Shown: piece after piece, positions 44,772 through 55,889 of the stretch
Numbering within the stretch: position 1 is the first letter of the stretch
How the letters are laid out: each line of letters begins with the position of its first letter
From: Erysipelotrichaceae bacterium
GTDB taxonomy: Bacteria; Bacillota_I; Bacilli_A; Erysipelotrichales; Erysipelotrichaceae
Direction: 5' to 3'
Length of the DNA: 64,000 nucleotides
Assembly: GCA_017533785.1 (NCBI GenBank)
Contig: JAFWII010000007.1
Span: forward strand, 20,349 to 84,348
The notes under the pieces: generated by a model
What the model saw: the letters and a program-made list of their open reading frames with translations, nothing else
What the model was told of the DNA's origin: nothing
Databases searched by the model: none
Translations under genes and position numbers: made by a program

Positions 44772-46014
44772 AGATAATACGATCAAGATCGTAGGAAGAA
44801 AACAGCTGGAAGGGGAAGTCCGGATCAGTTCATCGAAGAACGCCGCCGTCGCCCTGATCCCGGCATGCGTGATGGGTTCGGACGTCATCACCTTGTTTGA
44901 TGTACCGCATATCAGCGATATCGCAGCCCTGAAGGAGCTTCTGGCGGAGCTGAATATCAAGGTCGAACGCAACGGCGATTCTTTGATCGTTGACCCGCGC
45001 GAGATCCGGAATACCGTCCTTGAAAGCGAAGCAGTCGGAAAGCTTCGCGCGTCGTATTATTTCATGGGGGCGCTGCTTGGACGCTACAAGAAAGTAAAAA
45101 TGAAGATGCCGGGCGGCTGCGACCTCGGTCCGCGTCCGATCAATCTGCACTTAAAAGGTTTCCGTGCTCTCGGAGCTCAGGTCAACTACGATGACGGTTT
45201 CTATACGATCGAAGCACCGGAACTCGTCGGAACGGAGATCTATCTGGATATCGCCTCCGTCGGCGCGACCATCAACATCATGATGGCTGCCGTCTTCGCT
45301 AAAGGCCGTACCGTTATCGAGAACGCAGCCAGAGAGCCGGAGATCATCGACCTCAGCACGATGCTGAACAAGATGGGCGCGGACATCCGCGGCGCCGGTA
45401 CGAACTCGATCACGATCAACGGAGTCGAGAGACTTCACGGCTGCATGCATGAGATCATTCCGGACCGCATCGAAGCCGGCACCTATATCATCATCGCCGC
45501 TGCCTGCGCAAAGCAGATGCGCATCACCAACATCATCCCGCAGCACCTTGAGGCGCTGACGATGAAACTGGATGAAATGGGTGTCAACATGGAGATCGGC
45601 GATGACTACATCGACGTCTTCGAAAGCAAGGGCCTAAAAGGCATCGACATCAAGACGCTTCCGTATCCGGGATTGGCGACCGACCTGCAGCAGCCTCTGA
45701 CGGCGCTGATGACCCAGGCGGTCGGCGTTTCCAAAGTCCGCGAGACGATCTATAAGGAACGGTTCAAACACTGCGCGGAACTGAACAAGATGGGCGCTGA
45801 GATCGAAGTCTTCGACGGCAGCAGCATCATCAACGGTCCGACGCCGCTGTTCGGGACTGAAGTCCGGGCGACCGATCTGCGCTGCGGCGCTTCCCTGGTC
45901 ATTGCCGGTCTGATCGCCAAGGGTGAAACGACGATCAACGATGCAAAATACATCTACCGCGGCTATGATCACATCAAGGACAAGCTGCGTGCGCTGGGCG
46001 CTGAGATCTATTAG
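44764..46014 (+). CDS. murA: UDP-N-acetylglucosamine 1-carboxyvinyltransferase
   Basis: [30 protein letters not shown] (active Cys), [15 protein letters not shown]. Confidence 0.95.
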   Translation: MSEDNTIKIVGRKQLEGEVRISSSKNAAVALIPACVMGSDVITLFDVPHISDIAALKELLAELNIKVERNGDSLIVDPREIRNTVLESEAVGKLRASYYFMGALLGRYKKVKMKMPGGCDLGPRPINLHLKGFRALGAQVNYDDGFYTIEAPELVGTEIYLDIASVGATINIMMAAVFAKGRTVIENAAREPEIIDLSTMLNKMGADIRGAGTNSITINGVERLHGCMHEIIPDRIEAGTYIIIAAACAKQMRITNIIPQHLEALTMKLDEMGVNMEIGDDYIDVFESKGLKGIDIKTLPYPGLATDLQQPLTALMTQAVGVSKVRETIYKERFKHCAELNKMGAEIEVFDGSSIINGPTPLFGTEVRATDLRCGASLVIAGLIAKGETTINDAKYIYRGYDHIKDKLRALGAEIY

Positions 46015-46146
46015 CGGAAAGTGCGAAATTTCCGCATAATAAGCGAAAATAAGCATTGCGAAATCATTTTCGATATGTTAAACTGACTAGGCATTAAACT
46101 TACTTTGGATTGACAAGATTTCCAAGGCGGAAGGGAGAAGAAAGAT

Positions 46147-46359
46147 ATGCGTCAGAATATTCATCCGAAATACAAGAAAGTTACCGTTACCTGCACAAGC
46201 TGCGGAGCCACCTTCGAGACCGGTTCCACTGTCGGCGGAGACATCCGTGTCGATACCTGCTCAAACTGCCACCCGTTCTACACAGGCAGACAGAGATTCG
46301 CAGCTGCTGCTGGTCGTATTGAGCGATTCAATAAGAAATACGGACTGGATAAAAAATAA
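46147..46359 (+). CDS. rpmE: 50S ribosomal protein L31 (Zn-ribbon type A)
   Basis: [14 protein letters not shown] ... [12 protein letters not shown]. Confidence 0.95.
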   Translation: MRQNIHPKYKKVTVTCTSCGATFETGSTVGGDIRVDTCSNCHPFYTGRQRFAAAAGRIERFNKKYGLDKK

Positions 46360-46378
46360 GGCATGCCCTTATTTTTTT
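46356..46378 (+). terminator. intrinsic terminator after rpmE
   Basis: ATAAGG-CATGC-CCTTAT then TTTTTT. Confidence 0.7.
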
Positions 46379-46394
46379 ATAAGTAAACACAAAT

Positions 46395-47009
46395 ATGTAC
46401 AGAAGATATCGTGAAGGAACAGTGGAGGTCATTTCCGGCTGCATGTTTGCCGGGAAGACGGAAGAACTGATCCGCCGGATCAAGGTCTTCGAATTCGCGC
46501 ACCGCAATATCCTGGTATTCAAACCGGTGATCGATGACCGGTATTCCGCGACTGAAGTCGTGTCGCATGCCGGTTCCTCTGTCGGAAGCATCGTCGTCTC
46601 CTCCGCAAAGGAGATCCTCGAACATGTGAAGGAGGATACCGAGGTCGTCGCGATCGATGAGGCGCAGTTCTTCGACGAGGACATCATCGAAGTCTGCAAC
46701 CTGCTGGCGGACAAGGGCAAACGGGTCATGCTGGCGGGACTGGATACGGATTTCCGCGGCGAGCCGTTCGGTCCGATGGCCGTGCTGATCACCCAGGCGG
46801 AATTCGTTACCAAGCTGACTGCCGTCTGCACGAAGTGCGGTGCTCCGGCGACCCGGACGCAGCGTATCGTGAACGGTCAGCCCGCTTCCTATGATGACCC
46901 GACGATCCTGGTCGGCGCTTCCGAGAGCTATGAAGCCCGCTGCCGCCACTGTCATGAAGTCCCCAACAGACCGAAGCGTCTAGGAGAGGTTTTATGGATG
47001 CAAAAATAG
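46395..47009 (+). CDS. tdk: thymidine kinase
   Basis: [15 protein letters not shown]-loop, [21 protein letters not shown] ... CRHCH zinc site. Confidence 0.95.
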   Translation: MYRRYREGTVEVISGCMFAGKTEELIRRIKVFEFAHRNILVFKPVIDDRYSATEVVSHAGSSVGSIVVSSAKEILEHVKEDTEVVAIDEAQFFDEDIIEVCNLLADKGKRVMLAGLDTDFRGEPFGPMAVLITQAEFVTKLTAVCTKCGAPATRTQRIVNGQPASYDDPTILVGASESYEARCRHCHEVPNRPKRLGEVLWMQK

Positions 47010-48070
47010 TCAAACTGCAGGAGCAGGAAAAACGTTATCTGGAACTCGCCGATGAACTTCTCAAAGAGGAGAACATGACGAATCCCAGGCTTTATACCAA
47101 GCTTTCCAAGGAACAGGCTTCCCTGAAAGGCTGTTTTGACGCGTACCAGCGCTATAAAGATCTGACCAAAGGCATCGAAGAAGCACAGCTGATGCTGAAG
47201 GATGAGGACGAGGAGATCCGCGAGATGGCGGAACTCGAACTCAGCGAGAAGACTGAGGAGCTGGAAATGCTCATGGTCAAGATCGAGGAGCTGCTGCTGC
47301 CGAAAGATCCGGAAGACGACAACAACTGCATGGTCGAGATCCGCGGCGCGATCGGCGGCGACGAAGCCAACATCTTTGCCGGCGATCTTTACCGCATGTA
47401 CTGCTACTATGCCGAATCGCTCGGCTACAAGACGGAGGTCATGGAAGAAAGCCCGTCCGAAGCCGGCGGCTATGCGCTGATCTCCTTCATGGTCAAGGGT
47501 GACGGCGCCTACGGTCATTTCAAATACGAAAGCGGCGGGCACCGTGTCCAGCGTGTTCCCAAGACCGAATCCCAGGGACGTATCCAGACTTCGGTCGCGA
47601 CCGTTTATGTGCTTCCGGAGATCGAGGAAGACGATATGGAGATCCCGGACAGCGATCTCGTGATCGAGACCCACCGTGCCTCTGGCGCCGGCGGCCAGCA
47701 TATCAACAAGACCGACTCGGCCGTCCGCATCGTGCATATCCCGACGGGCATCACCGTCAACTGTCAGGACGGCCGCAGCCAGATCGCCAACCGTGAGACT
47801 GCGCTGCGCATCGTCCGCGCCCGTGTATTCGAAGAGATGAAACGCCGCAAGGAAGAGAAGGAAGGCGCTGCCCGCCGTTCCAAGATCGGCACTGGCGAGC
47901 GTTCCGAAAAGATCCGCACCTACAACTATCCGCAGAACCGCGTGACCGATCACCGCATCGGCCTCAGCATCTCGCAGCTTGACCGCATCATCGACGGCAA
48001 GCTCGACGATATCGTCGAAGCGCTGCGGAAGAACGAGGAAAAAGAAAAGCTGCTCAATGAAAACATATAA
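46994..48070 (+). CDS. prfA: peptide chain release factor 1
   Basis: [21 protein letters not shown] (GGQ), 16-nt overlap with tdk. Confidence 0.95.
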   Translation: MDAKIVKLQEQEKRYLELADELLKEENMTNPRLYTKLSKEQASLKGCFDAYQRYKDLTKGIEEAQLMLKDEDEEIREMAELELSEKTEELEMLMVKIEELLLPKDPEDDNNCMVEIRGAIGGDEANIFAGDLYRMYCYYAESLGYKTEVMEESPSEAGGYALISFMVKGDGAYGHFKYESGGHRVQRVPKTESQGRIQTSVATVYVLPEIEEDDMEIPDSDLVIETHRASGAGGQHINKTDSAVRIVHIPTGITVNCQDGRSQIANRETALRIVRARVFEEMKRRKEEKEGAARRSKIGTGERSEKIRTYNYPQNRVTDHRIGLSISQLDRIIDGKLDDIVEALRKNEEKEKLLNENI

Positions 48071-48908
48071 CGACCTGATGCATTCCTACCGCCAGGAACT
48101 GCGTGAGAAGGATATCCCGGAAGCGACCCTGCGCACCTTTCTGTTTGAGCTGACGAGCGAGAAGGGGATCGATCTCTTTCGCGACAAGGACCAGCCGGCA
48201 GATGAGGAAGTGCTGCACCGTTTCGAAGAGGGGATGCAGCGCATCCTGCGCCATGAGCCGATGAACTACGTGCTTGGCTACAGCTGGTTCTACGGTTACC
48301 GCTTCAAGGTCGATCCGCGGGTACTGATACCACGCTATGAGACTGAAGAACTGGTCGCGCTGATCCTGCGTGAATGCGATGAATTCTTCAAAGGACAGAC
48401 GGAAGTGACGGCAGCGGATATCGGCTGCGGTTCCGGCGCCATCGCGCTGGCTGTCAGGAAGGAAGATCCCCGTTTCCGGATGTATGCGACAGATATCTCG
48501 GAAGAGGCGCTCAGCCTGGCCAGGGAAAACAGCGAACTGCTGGAAGCTGATGTGACCTTCTTTGCCGGCGACATGCTGGCGCCGGTCAGGGAGAGAGGGA
48601 TCCGGCTGGATGTGCTGATCTCCAATCCGCCTTATATCCCGGATCAGGAAGAACTCGAAGAGTCCGTCCGTGACTACGAGCCCCATGTGGCGCTGTTCGG
48701 CGGCGAGAAGGGCGTGGATTTCTACGAGATCCTGCTCAGCGGCGCGAAAGACGTCATGAAGGAGCGCGGCATGATCTTCTTCGAGATCGGCTATAACCAG
48801 AAGGAAACGATCCTGAACAAGGCGAAAAAGTACTTTCCGGAAGCGGAAATGCGTGTCGAAAAGGACATCAACGGAAAAGACCGGATGTTTTGTTTAAAAT
48901 TTGAATAA
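48057..48908 (+). CDS. prmC: release factor glutamine N5-methyltransferase
   Basis: start at ATG 48057; DIGCGSGAIAL SAM motif, ISNPPYI catalytic NPPY. Confidence 0.9.
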   Translation: MKTYNDLMHSYRQELREKDIPEATLRTFLFELTSEKGIDLFRDKDQPADEEVLHRFEEGMQRILRHEPMNYVLGYSWFYGYRFKVDPRVLIPRYETEELVALILRECDEFFKGQTEVTAADIGCGSGAIALAVRKEDPRFRMYATDISEEALSLARENSELLEADVTFFAGDMLAPVRERGIRLDVLISNPPYIPDQEELEESVRDYEPHVALFGGEKGVDFYEILLSGAKDVMKERGMIFFEIGYNQKETILNKAKKYFPEAEMRVEKDINGKDRMFCLKFE

Positions 48909-48981
48909 TTTCACTTGTTTATCACATTGTTTTGGTTCAATGATAGTGTAATAATTTTTTCATTGAAGATACCTATTTCGA

Positions 48982-49010
48982 AAGAGTTCCTAGTCGGGGG
49001 AACTTTTTTC
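48982..49010 (+). terminator. intrinsic terminator after prmC
   Basis: AAGAGTTCC-loop-GGAACTTTT then TT. Confidence 0.6.
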
Positions 49011-49047
49011 GTTCTTTGTGATAAACTTTTGATTGAGGTAAAGAAAA

Positions 49048-50148
49048 ATGAGTTTAACAGCAGGAATCGTCGGTCTGCCGAACGTCGGCAAATCGACCTT
49101 GTTTAACGCGATAACAAACAGCCGGGTCGAAGCGGCGAACTATCCTTTCGCGACGATTGAGCCGAACGTCGGCATCGTCGAAGTCCGAGACGAGCGTCTG
49201 ACGAACCTTTCGCAGATCTTCGAGCCGGAACGCACGATCTATACGACTTTTGAATTCACCGATATCGCCGGTCTCGTCAAGGGCGCCAGCAAGGGCGAAG
49301 GTCTGGGCAACCAGTTCCTCGCCAATATCCGCGAAGTCGACATGATCTGCCACGTCGTCCGCTGTTTCGAGAATAACGATATCTCCCACGTCTACAACCG
49401 CATCGATCCCGAAGAGGATGCCGCGATCATCAATATGGAACTGATCATGGCGGACCTGCAGAGCTGCGAGAACCGCATGCCGAAGGTCGAGAAGCGGATG
49501 AAGGCGAAGGAAAAGGGCGCGGACACCGAATACCGTCTGCTCAACCGCATTAAGGAATGTCTGGAACAGGGGCATATGATCACATCCCTGGACTTTGAAC
49601 CGGATGAGGCGAAGACCGTCAAGGGCTTCCAGTTTCTGACCTCGAAGCCGGTCATCTACATCGCCAATATCGCCGAAGACGATATGAACGATCCCGACAG
49701 CAATCCCTACTACCAGAAACTGAAAGCATTCGCGCTTTCGGAAAACAGCGGCATCCTGCCGATCGCCGCCAAGATCGAAGAGGACCTCAGCAGCCTCGAC
49801 CGGGAAGAGAAGGAAGTCTTCCTCGAGGAGCTCGGTCTGGCGCACTCCGGTCTGGATGATCTGATCAAAAAAGCCTATGACACCCTCGGCCTGCGCACGT
49901 TCTTTACCGTCGGTAAGGACGAATGCCGCGGCTGGACGTTCCGCGACGGCATGAAAGCGCCGGAATGCGCGGGTGTGATCCATACCGACTTCGAAAGAGG
50001 CTTCATCCGTGCGGAAGTCTATTCCTATGACGACTTCATGGAATTCAGGAGCGAAGCCAAGCTGAAAGAAGCCGGAAAGCTCCGTCTGGAAGGGAAGGAA
50101 TATCTCCCCAAGGATGGGGATATCATGCATTTCCGATTCCATGTTTGA
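49048..50148 (+). CDS. ychF: ribosome-binding ATPase YchF
   Basis: [27 protein letters not shown]-terminal TGS-type [17 protein letters not shown]. Confidence 0.95.
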   Translation: MSLTAGIVGLPNVGKSTLFNAITNSRVEAANYPFATIEPNVGIVEVRDERLTNLSQIFEPERTIYTTFEFTDIAGLVKGASKGEGLGNQFLANIREVDMICHVVRCFENNDISHVYNRIDPEEDAAIINMELIMADLQSCENRMPKVEKRMKAKEKGADTEYRLLNRIKECLEQGHMITSLDFEPDEAKTVKGFQFLTSKPVIYIANIAEDDMNDPDSNPYYQKLKAFALSENSGILPIAAKIEEDLSSLDREEKEVFLEELGLAHSGLDDLIKKAYDTLGLRTFFTVGKDECRGWTFRDGMKAPECAGVIHTDFERGFIRAEVYSYDDFMEFRSEAKLKEAGKLRLEGKEYLPKDGDIMHFRFHV

Positions 50149-51883
50149 TGAACTGAAAAAAGGCCTTCATATCCTTGCCTGCAGCGGCGGTCCGGATTCG
50201 ATCGCCCTTTTTTCGATGCTGAAGGAAGAGGGCGTTTCTTTCGTCTGCTGCCACGTGAACTACCATCTGCGCGCGGACAGTGAATACGACAGCTCTCTGG
50301 TCGAAGAAATGTGCGGGAAGCATCAGATACCGTATTACCGGCATGACGCCGAATATAAGTGCGGAAACGAGGAATTATGGGCCAGAAGGGAGCGCTACGG
50401 ATTCTTTGTCCGCATGGCGCGCATCCTGCATGCGGACGATATCCTGATCGCGCACCAGGAAGATGATCTGCTCGAGACCTACCTGATGCAGAAGGAAAAA
50501 AGACTGACGCCGGTATGCTACGGGCTGAGCGAGCGCTCCTCCTATAAAGGCGTGCCGGTCAGACGTCCCCTGCTTCACATGACCCGGAAGGAGATCCTTC
50601 GCTACTGTGAGCAGCATCAGCTGAAATACGCCCTGGATTCGACCAACAGCGAGGACCGTTACCGCCGCAACCAGATCCGCCACCAGACGGTGGAGAAACT
50701 CAGTCGTGCGGAACGTGACCGCCTGCTGGCCGAGATCGCGGAAAAAAACAGGGAACTGACAGAACTGCGCAAAGGCGCGGCCGCCTATCTCTTCGGAGCG
50801 GAAGACTACGACGCGGAGGAGTTCCTGCAGCGGGAAGACCGCAAGGAATGCCTGCGCCAGCTCCTGTATCCCGATCTCAGCGACAGCTATCTCGAAGAGC
50901 TCCTGAAACAGCTCTCGGAACGCAGCGCCGTCCATCTGCGGGTGCGCTCGAAACAGATTGACCGGGAATACGGCAGGATCCGCTGCGGACACGGTCAGGA
51001 ACCGTTCGTATATATGCTTGAAAAGCCGGAATACCGCACTTTCCCGTTTTTCTCGCTGTGCCCGGAGGGGAAAACGATCGAAGGCGTCGATCTGACGCCG
51101 GAAGACTTTCCGGTGAAACTGCGCAGCTGCAGGGAAGGGGACAGGATCCGCCTGCGGATCGGCGAAAAGAAGGTCAGCCGCTTCTTCATCGACCGCAAGC
51201 TGCCGCTTCGCGAAAGACAGCGGACCGTCGTCATGGAGAACCGCCGGGGGGAGGTGATCTTCGTCTCCGGGCTGGGCTGCGACGTCGATCATTATGCTAT
51301 TAAACCCAATACCTTTGTGGTAAAATATGAAAATACGAAGGAGAGACCTATGCATAAAGATTTAGATCGTATTCTGCTCACTGAGGAACAGATTGAGAAA
51401 CGCTGCGATGAACTCGGCAAGCAGATCGACGCCGACTACGAAGGCAAGAAACCGCTCCTGGTAGGTCTTTTAAAGGGATCGGTGCCTTTCATGGCTGAAT
51501 TGATGAAACATATTACGCTCGATGTCGAGATCGACTTCATGGATGTCAGTTCCTACGAGGGAACCGAATCCTCCGGCGATGTCCGTATCGACAAGGACCT
51601 GGATTCCTCCGTCCGCGGAGTGGATATCATCCTGGTCGAGGACATCATCGATACCGGCCGCACGCTGAAGAAAGTCAGGGAATTCCTCTACTCCAAAGGC
51701 GCGGCATCCGTTAAGATCGTTACCCTTCTGAACAAACAGTCCCGCCGTGTGATCGACGATATCAACGGTGACTATGTCGGCTTTGACGTACCGAATTACT
51801 TCGTCGTCGGCTACGGGCTCGACTTCAATCAGAAGTACCGGAACCTTCCTTACGTCGGTGTACTGAAGGAAGAGCTTTATTAA
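50141..51883 (+). CDS. tilS: bifunctional tRNA(Ile)-lysidine synthase / hypoxanthine phosphoribosyltransferase (single open frame)
   Basis: ACSGGPDSIAL PP-loop at the N-terminus; from residue 404 MHKDLDRILLTEEQI...ILVEDIIDTGRTL (PRPP motif); no stop between the two modules. Confidence 0.85.
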   Translation: MFDELKKGLHILACSGGPDSIALFSMLKEEGVSFVCCHVNYHLRADSEYDSSLVEEMCGKHQIPYYRHDAEYKCGNEELWARRERYGFFVRMARILHADDILIAHQEDDLLETYLMQKEKRLTPVCYGLSERSSYKGVPVRRPLLHMTRKEILRYCEQHQLKYALDSTNSEDRYRRNQIRHQTVEKLSRAERDRLLAEIAEKNRELTELRKGAAAYLFGAEDYDAEEFLQREDRKECLRQLLYPDLSDSYLEELLKQLSERSAVHLRVRSKQIDREYGRIRCGHGQEPFVYMLEKPEYRTFPFFSLCPEGKTIEGVDLTPEDFPVKLRSCREGDRIRLRIGEKKVSRFFIDRKLPLRERQRTVVMENRRGEVIFVSGLGCDVDHYAIKPNTFVVKYENTKERPMHKDLDRILLTEEQIEKRCDELGKQIDADYEGKKPLLVGLLKGSVPFMAELMKHITLDVEIDFMDVSSYEGTESSGDVRIDKDLDSSVRGVDIILVEDIIDTGRTLKKVREFLYSKGAASVKIVTLLNKQSRRVIDDINGDYVGFDVPNYFVVGYGLDFNQKYRNLPYVGVLKEELY

Positions 51884-51899
51884 GGAGATTAGTTTATAG

Positions 51900-53939
51900 A
51901 TGGAGAATAACAAGAATCGTTTCGCGTATACGCTGCCGTATATCATCGTGGCGGTCTTTATCCTGTCCATGATGTTCCGCAGCCCGCTGGCTTCCCAGAC
52001 GGTGAAGCTGGGCTACAGCGAGTTCCAGACCGTTCTGAAAAACGAGCAGGTCCAGAGCGCGCAGGTGACCGTCGACTACAACACGATCACCGTTACCGGT
52101 ATCTACAACGACAGCGACGGCGCAGCGCACAATTTCTCGACCGTGATCCCGAATACGGAGACCGCGTCCGAGGAGCTCATGCAGTCTCTGCAGAAACTGA
52201 AAGGGGTGGAGGTCAAGGACGCCAACACGTCCAACATCTTCCTTGAAGTCCTGGGTTCGATCCTGCCGCTGGCGATCTTCCTGGTCTTCGGTTTCTATAT
52301 GATCAACCGGATGGGCGGCGCTGCCGGAGGAAATCAGAAAGCCTTCGACTTCTCCAAGTCCAAAGCGCGTCTGGAGACCGAGATCAAGACCCGGTTCACC
52401 GATGTCGCCGGCTGCGACGAGGAAAAAGAGGAGATGTCCGAACTGATCGAATATCTGCGCATGCCCCGCAAGTTCGCGAAGATGGGCGCGCGCATTCCGA
52501 AGGGCGTACTGCTCGTCGGTCCGCCGGGCACAGGTAAAACGCTTCTGGCGAAAGCCGTTGCCGGCGAGGCGAACGTTCCGTTCTACTCGATCTCCGGTTC
52601 CGACTTTGTTGAAATGTTTGTCGGTGTCGGCGCTTCCCGTGTCCGTGACATGTTCAAGCAGGCGAAGCAGACAGCTCCGTGCATGATCTTTATCGATGAG
52701 ATCGATGCGGTCGGCCGTCAGCGCGGCGCCGGTCTCGGCGGCGGCAACGACGAACGCGAACAGACACTGAACCAGCTGCTCGTCGAACTCGACGGCATGT
52801 CCGACAACAGCGGCATCCTGGTGATCGCCGCCACCAACCGTCCGGATGTTCTCGACCCGGCGCTCCTGCGTCCGGGACGTTTCGACCGCCAGATCACCGT
52901 TTCCCTGCCGGATGTCAAGGGCAGAGAGGCGATCCTGCGTGTCCATGCCCGCAATAAGAAAGTCGCGGATGACGTCGATCTGCAGGCGCTGGCAAAGCGC
53001 ACCCCGGGTTTCTCCGGCGCAGATCTTGAAAACGTGCTGAACGAAGCCGCGATCCTTTCCGTACGTGAAAACAAGGAAGTCATCACCACGAACCAGATCG
53101 ACGAAGCGATCGACCGTGTCATGATGGGTCCTGCCAAGAAGTCCCGTGAATACGATGAAAAGACCAAGAAGCTCGTGGCTTACCACGAAGCCGGTCACGC
53201 GATCGTCGGCCTCAATCAGCCCGACGGCGTGATCGTCCAGAAGGTCACCATCATCCCGCGCGGCCAGGCCGGCGGATACAACCTGCTGACCCCGCGCAAG
53301 GAACGCATCCTGAACTCGAAGAAGGAACTGCTGCAGACGATCACCGGCTATATGGGTGGCCGCTGCGCTGAAGAGATCTTCTTTGACGATATCACCACCG
53401 GCGCGAGCGACGATATCAAACAGGCGACCCGCATCGCCAAGGATATGGTCACTGCCTACGGCATGAGCGAGCTCGGTCCGATCCAGTACGACAACGGTTC
53501 ATCCTCTGTCTTCCTGGGACGCGACTACAACTCTCCGAGCAACGTTTCCAGCCAGATCGCCTACGATATCGATATCGAAGTCCGCAAGATCGTCGACTTC
53601 TGCCACGACGAGGCATCCCGCATCATCAAGGAGCACCGCGATGATCTGGTCAAGATCGCCGAAGCGCTGATCGCCAATGAAACGCTGACTGCCGAAGAGA
53701 TCGATCAGGTCCTCAACGGCGAGCTCGTGATCCGCGACGGCAGCCTGGTCCCGGCGAAGGAACCGGAAAAACCGGCGGAGACCGTCGAAGAGACAGCTCC
53801 GGAAGTACCGGAGGAAAGCGAAAAGGAAGCTGCTCCGGCAGAACCGAAGCAGACCGGCCGCGGCACCGGCCACCGTTCCCGCAAGCCGGTTCAGGAAGAA
53901 GAAGAAAAAGTCATCGACCTGAACGATCCGAACGAATAA
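51900..53939 (+). CDS. ftsH: ATP-dependent zinc metalloprotease FtsH
   Basis: [24 protein letters not shown] region, HEAGHA zinc motif. Confidence 0.97.
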   Translation: MENNKNRFAYTLPYIIVAVFILSMMFRSPLASQTVKLGYSEFQTVLKNEQVQSAQVTVDYNTITVTGIYNDSDGAAHNFSTVIPNTETASEELMQSLQKLKGVEVKDANTSNIFLEVLGSILPLAIFLVFGFYMINRMGGAAGGNQKAFDFSKSKARLETEIKTRFTDVAGCDEEKEEMSELIEYLRMPRKFAKMGARIPKGVLLVGPPGTGKTLLAKAVAGEANVPFYSISGSDFVEMFVGVGASRVRDMFKQAKQTAPCMIFIDEIDAVGRQRGAGLGGGNDEREQTLNQLLVELDGMSDNSGILVIAATNRPDVLDPALLRPGRFDRQITVSLPDVKGREAILRVHARNKKVADDVDLQALAKRTPGFSGADLENVLNEAAILSVRENKEVITTNQIDEAIDRVMMGPAKKSREYDEKTKKLVAYHEAGHAIVGLNQPDGVIVQKVTIIPRGQAGGYNLLTPRKERILNSKKELLQTITGYMGGRCAEEIFFDDITTGASDDIKQATRIAKDMVTAYGMSELGPIQYDNGSSSVFLGRDYNSPSNVSSQIAYDIDIEVRKIVDFCHDEASRIIKEHRDDLVKIAEALIANETLTAEEIDQVLNGELVIRDGSLVPAKEPEKPAETVEETAPEVPEESEKEAAPAEPKQTGRGTGHRSRKPVQEEEEKVIDLNDPNE

Positions 53940-53945
53940 GAAAAC

Positions 53946-53971
53946 GACCCCGGTCAGACCGGGGTCTTCTT
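53946..53971 (+). terminator. intrinsic terminator after ftsH
   Basis: GACCCCGG-TCAGA-CCGGGGTC then TTCTT. Confidence 0.7.
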
Positions 53972-54019
53972 ATGCGTGTTTTCCGTACTGCGGCGTCACT
54001 TTCCGTCTCTTTTTGTTTG

Positions 54020-54028
54020 TGGTAGAAT
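54020..54028 (+). promoter_or_regulatory. extended -10 TGgTAGAAT, 9 nt before the hslO ATG, no SD
   Basis: TGGTAGAAT tctgtcggt ATG. Confidence 0.45.
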
Positions 54029-54037
54029 TCTGTCGGT

Positions 54038-54913
54038 ATGAAAAAGAATCGTTTGCTGATCGGCCTGAAAGGCCCGTTTATCCGTTTTTATCTCGCTGAT
54101 ACGACTTCCCTTGTCGAAGAGGCAAGAGAGAAGTTTTCCCTGTATCCGACTTCGGCAGCCGCGCTGGGGCGCGTGCTCTCGATGTCTGCCGTCATGGGCA
54201 CCATGCTGAAGGACGGGAATGAGCAGTACAACATCGCGATCCACTCCGACGGCGCGATCTCCACGATCATGGCGATCGCCAGGCCGGACGGCTCGGTCAA
54301 AGGCTTCATCTCGAACCCGAACGTCTATGACGTCTATGAAGATACAGGCAAACTGGCGGTCGGCCGCGCCATCGGCAGCGGCACCCTCAGCGTGACCAAA
54401 TCCATGAATATGAAGGGCAATTTCTCCTCGACGGTCAATCTGCAGACCGGTGAGATCGGGGATGATTTCGCGTTCTACTTCGCGAAGTCGGAGCAGCGCG
54501 CTTCGATCGTTTCCTTAGGTGTCCTGGTCGATACCGATCAGTCCATCCGCTCCGCCGGCTGCTTCTTCATCGAACTGCTCCCGGGCTATGGCGAGGAGGA
54601 CATCGTCTATCTGGAAAACCTGGCTGCCCGGATGCGTCCGATCTCCATGGAGATCGATGAGCTTTCGCTTGAAGAGATCATCGAAAAGAACCTCGGCGAA
54701 GTTGAGATCCTGGAGGAAAGGGAGCTCGAGTACCGCTGCGACTGCAGCCGCGAGCGTTTCAAGGAGAAACTGCTGACGCTCTCCCGCAAAGATCTGCTCG
54801 ATCTCGCGAAAGCGCAGCAGGATATCGAGATCAAATGCGATTTCTGCGGAAAGACCTATACCTACAGCGCAAAGGAACTGAACGACTGGCTGGATGATGT
54901 TGGAACTGCGTGA
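54038..54913 (+). CDS. hslO: redox-regulated chaperone Hsp33
   Basis: C-terminal zinc switch CDCSRERF ... CDFCGKTY. Confidence 0.9.
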   Translation: MKKNRLLIGLKGPFIRFYLADTTSLVEEAREKFSLYPTSAAALGRVLSMSAVMGTMLKDGNEQYNIAIHSDGAISTIMAIARPDGSVKGFISNPNVYDVYEDTGKLAVGRAIGSGTLSVTKSMNMKGNFSSTVNLQTGEIGDDFAFYFAKSEQRASIVSLGVLVDTDQSIRSAGCFFIELLPGYGEEDIVYLENLAARMRPISMEIDELSLEEIIEKNLGEVEILEERELEYRCDCSRERFKEKLLTLSRKDLLDLAKAQQDIEIKCDFCGKTYTYSAKELNDWLDDVGTA

Positions 54914-55889
54914 GCTTCTGAAGAAAAACCCGATCATCGCCGCTCCGCTTGCCGGCATCTCCAATGCCGCCTACCAGAGCCTGTGCCTGGATTACGGCTG
55001 CGGCCTTGTCTATACCGAAATGATCTCTGCGGAAGGGATCTTTTTCCATAATCAGCGCACCCTGGAAATGTGCTCCGTCCCGAAAGGGAACCATCCGATC
55101 GCCCTGCAGCTTTTCGGCGCCAAGGTCGACCATCTGGTCGCCGCCGCGCAATATATCGATCAAAAGACCGACGCGGACGTGATCGATCTGAACATGGGCT
55201 GTCCTGCTCCGAAAGTGGTCAAGACCGGCGCCGGTTCGGCGCTTCTGAAAGACCCGGAGAAAGCCTTCGCGATCGTCAGCGGCATCAGACAGGCTGTCCG
55301 CAAGCCGGTCAGCGTCAAGATGCGCCTCGGCTTCAGCGACAGCGAAAAGAAATATCTGTCTTTCGCCAAAGGCCTGGAAGAGGCAGGTGCCGATATGATC
55401 GCCGTACACGGCCGCACCCGCACCCAGATGTATCAGGGAAGCGCCGACTGGGATGCGATCCGCGAGATCAAGGCGGAACTGCATATCCCGGTCATCGGCA
55501 ACGGGGACGTCCGCACGGCGGAGGATTTCTTTGCCAGGAAAGAGGAGAGCGGCGTCGACGCCGTCATGATCGGACGCGGACTGTTAGGCAATCCCTTCCT
55601 GATCCGCCAGATCGTAAAGAAACAGAACGGCGAGACGGATCTTACGATCACGCCGAAAGAACGTTTCGCAGCCTGCCGCGACCATGCGCAGAGACTGATC
55701 GCGCTGTCCGGGGAAGACCGGGCGCTCAGGGAGCTGCGCGGTATCGTCGGAAACTATCTGCGCGGTCTGCCGGAAGCTTCCTACTACCGCGGCAAAGTCA
55801 CCACGCTCAGAGACTATGAAGAGCTTGATCAGCTGCTGAAGGAATTTCAGCTGAGACTGGAGGAGAGAAATGAAGATCGCACTGCTTGA
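54894..55889 (+). CDS. dusB: tRNA-dihydrouridine synthase
   Basis: PLAGISNAAY, IDLNMGCPAPKV (catalytic Cys), HGRTRTQMY. Confidence 0.9.
   Translation: MMLELRELLKKNPIIAAPLAGISNAAYQSLCLDYGCGLVYTEMISAEGIFFHNQRTLEMCSVPKGNHPIALQLFGAKVDHLVAAAQYIDQKTDADVIDLNMGCPAPKVVKTGAGSALLKDPEKAFAIVSGIRQAVRKPVSVKMRLGFSDSEKKYLSFAKGLEEAGADMIAVHGRTRTQMYQGSADWDAIREIKAELHIPVIGNGDVRTAEDFFARKEESGVDAVMIGRGLLGNPFLIRQIVKKQNGETDLTITPKERFAACRDHAQRLIALSGEDRALRELRGIVGNYLRGLPEASYYRGKVTTLRDYEELDQLLKEFQLRLEERNEDRTA

Noticed and set aside
46013-46036. GCGGAAA...TTTCCGC hairpin right after murA, considered as a terminator
   Set aside because: No T-run follows it (ATAATAAGCG). It may stabilise the 3' end, but it does not meet intrinsic-terminator criteria.
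51894-53198. 434-aa ORF antisense to ftsH. Similar long antisense ORFs lie at 32487-33596, 18627-19565, 49054-50142, 57472-58515, 11598-12548, 1797-2729 and 39869-40900.
   Set aside because: Each lies entirely opposite a gene with unmistakable conserved motifs. They have Arg/Asp/His/Gly-skewed, low-complexity translations, often non-ATG starts, and no SD. These are typical shadow ORFs of GC-rich coding DNA.
55070-55819. 249-aa Arg-rich ORF in an alternative plus frame inside dusB
   Set aside because: It is an out-of-frame overlap of a gene with clear Dus motifs. Its extreme Arg/Pro/Gly content is not protein-like.
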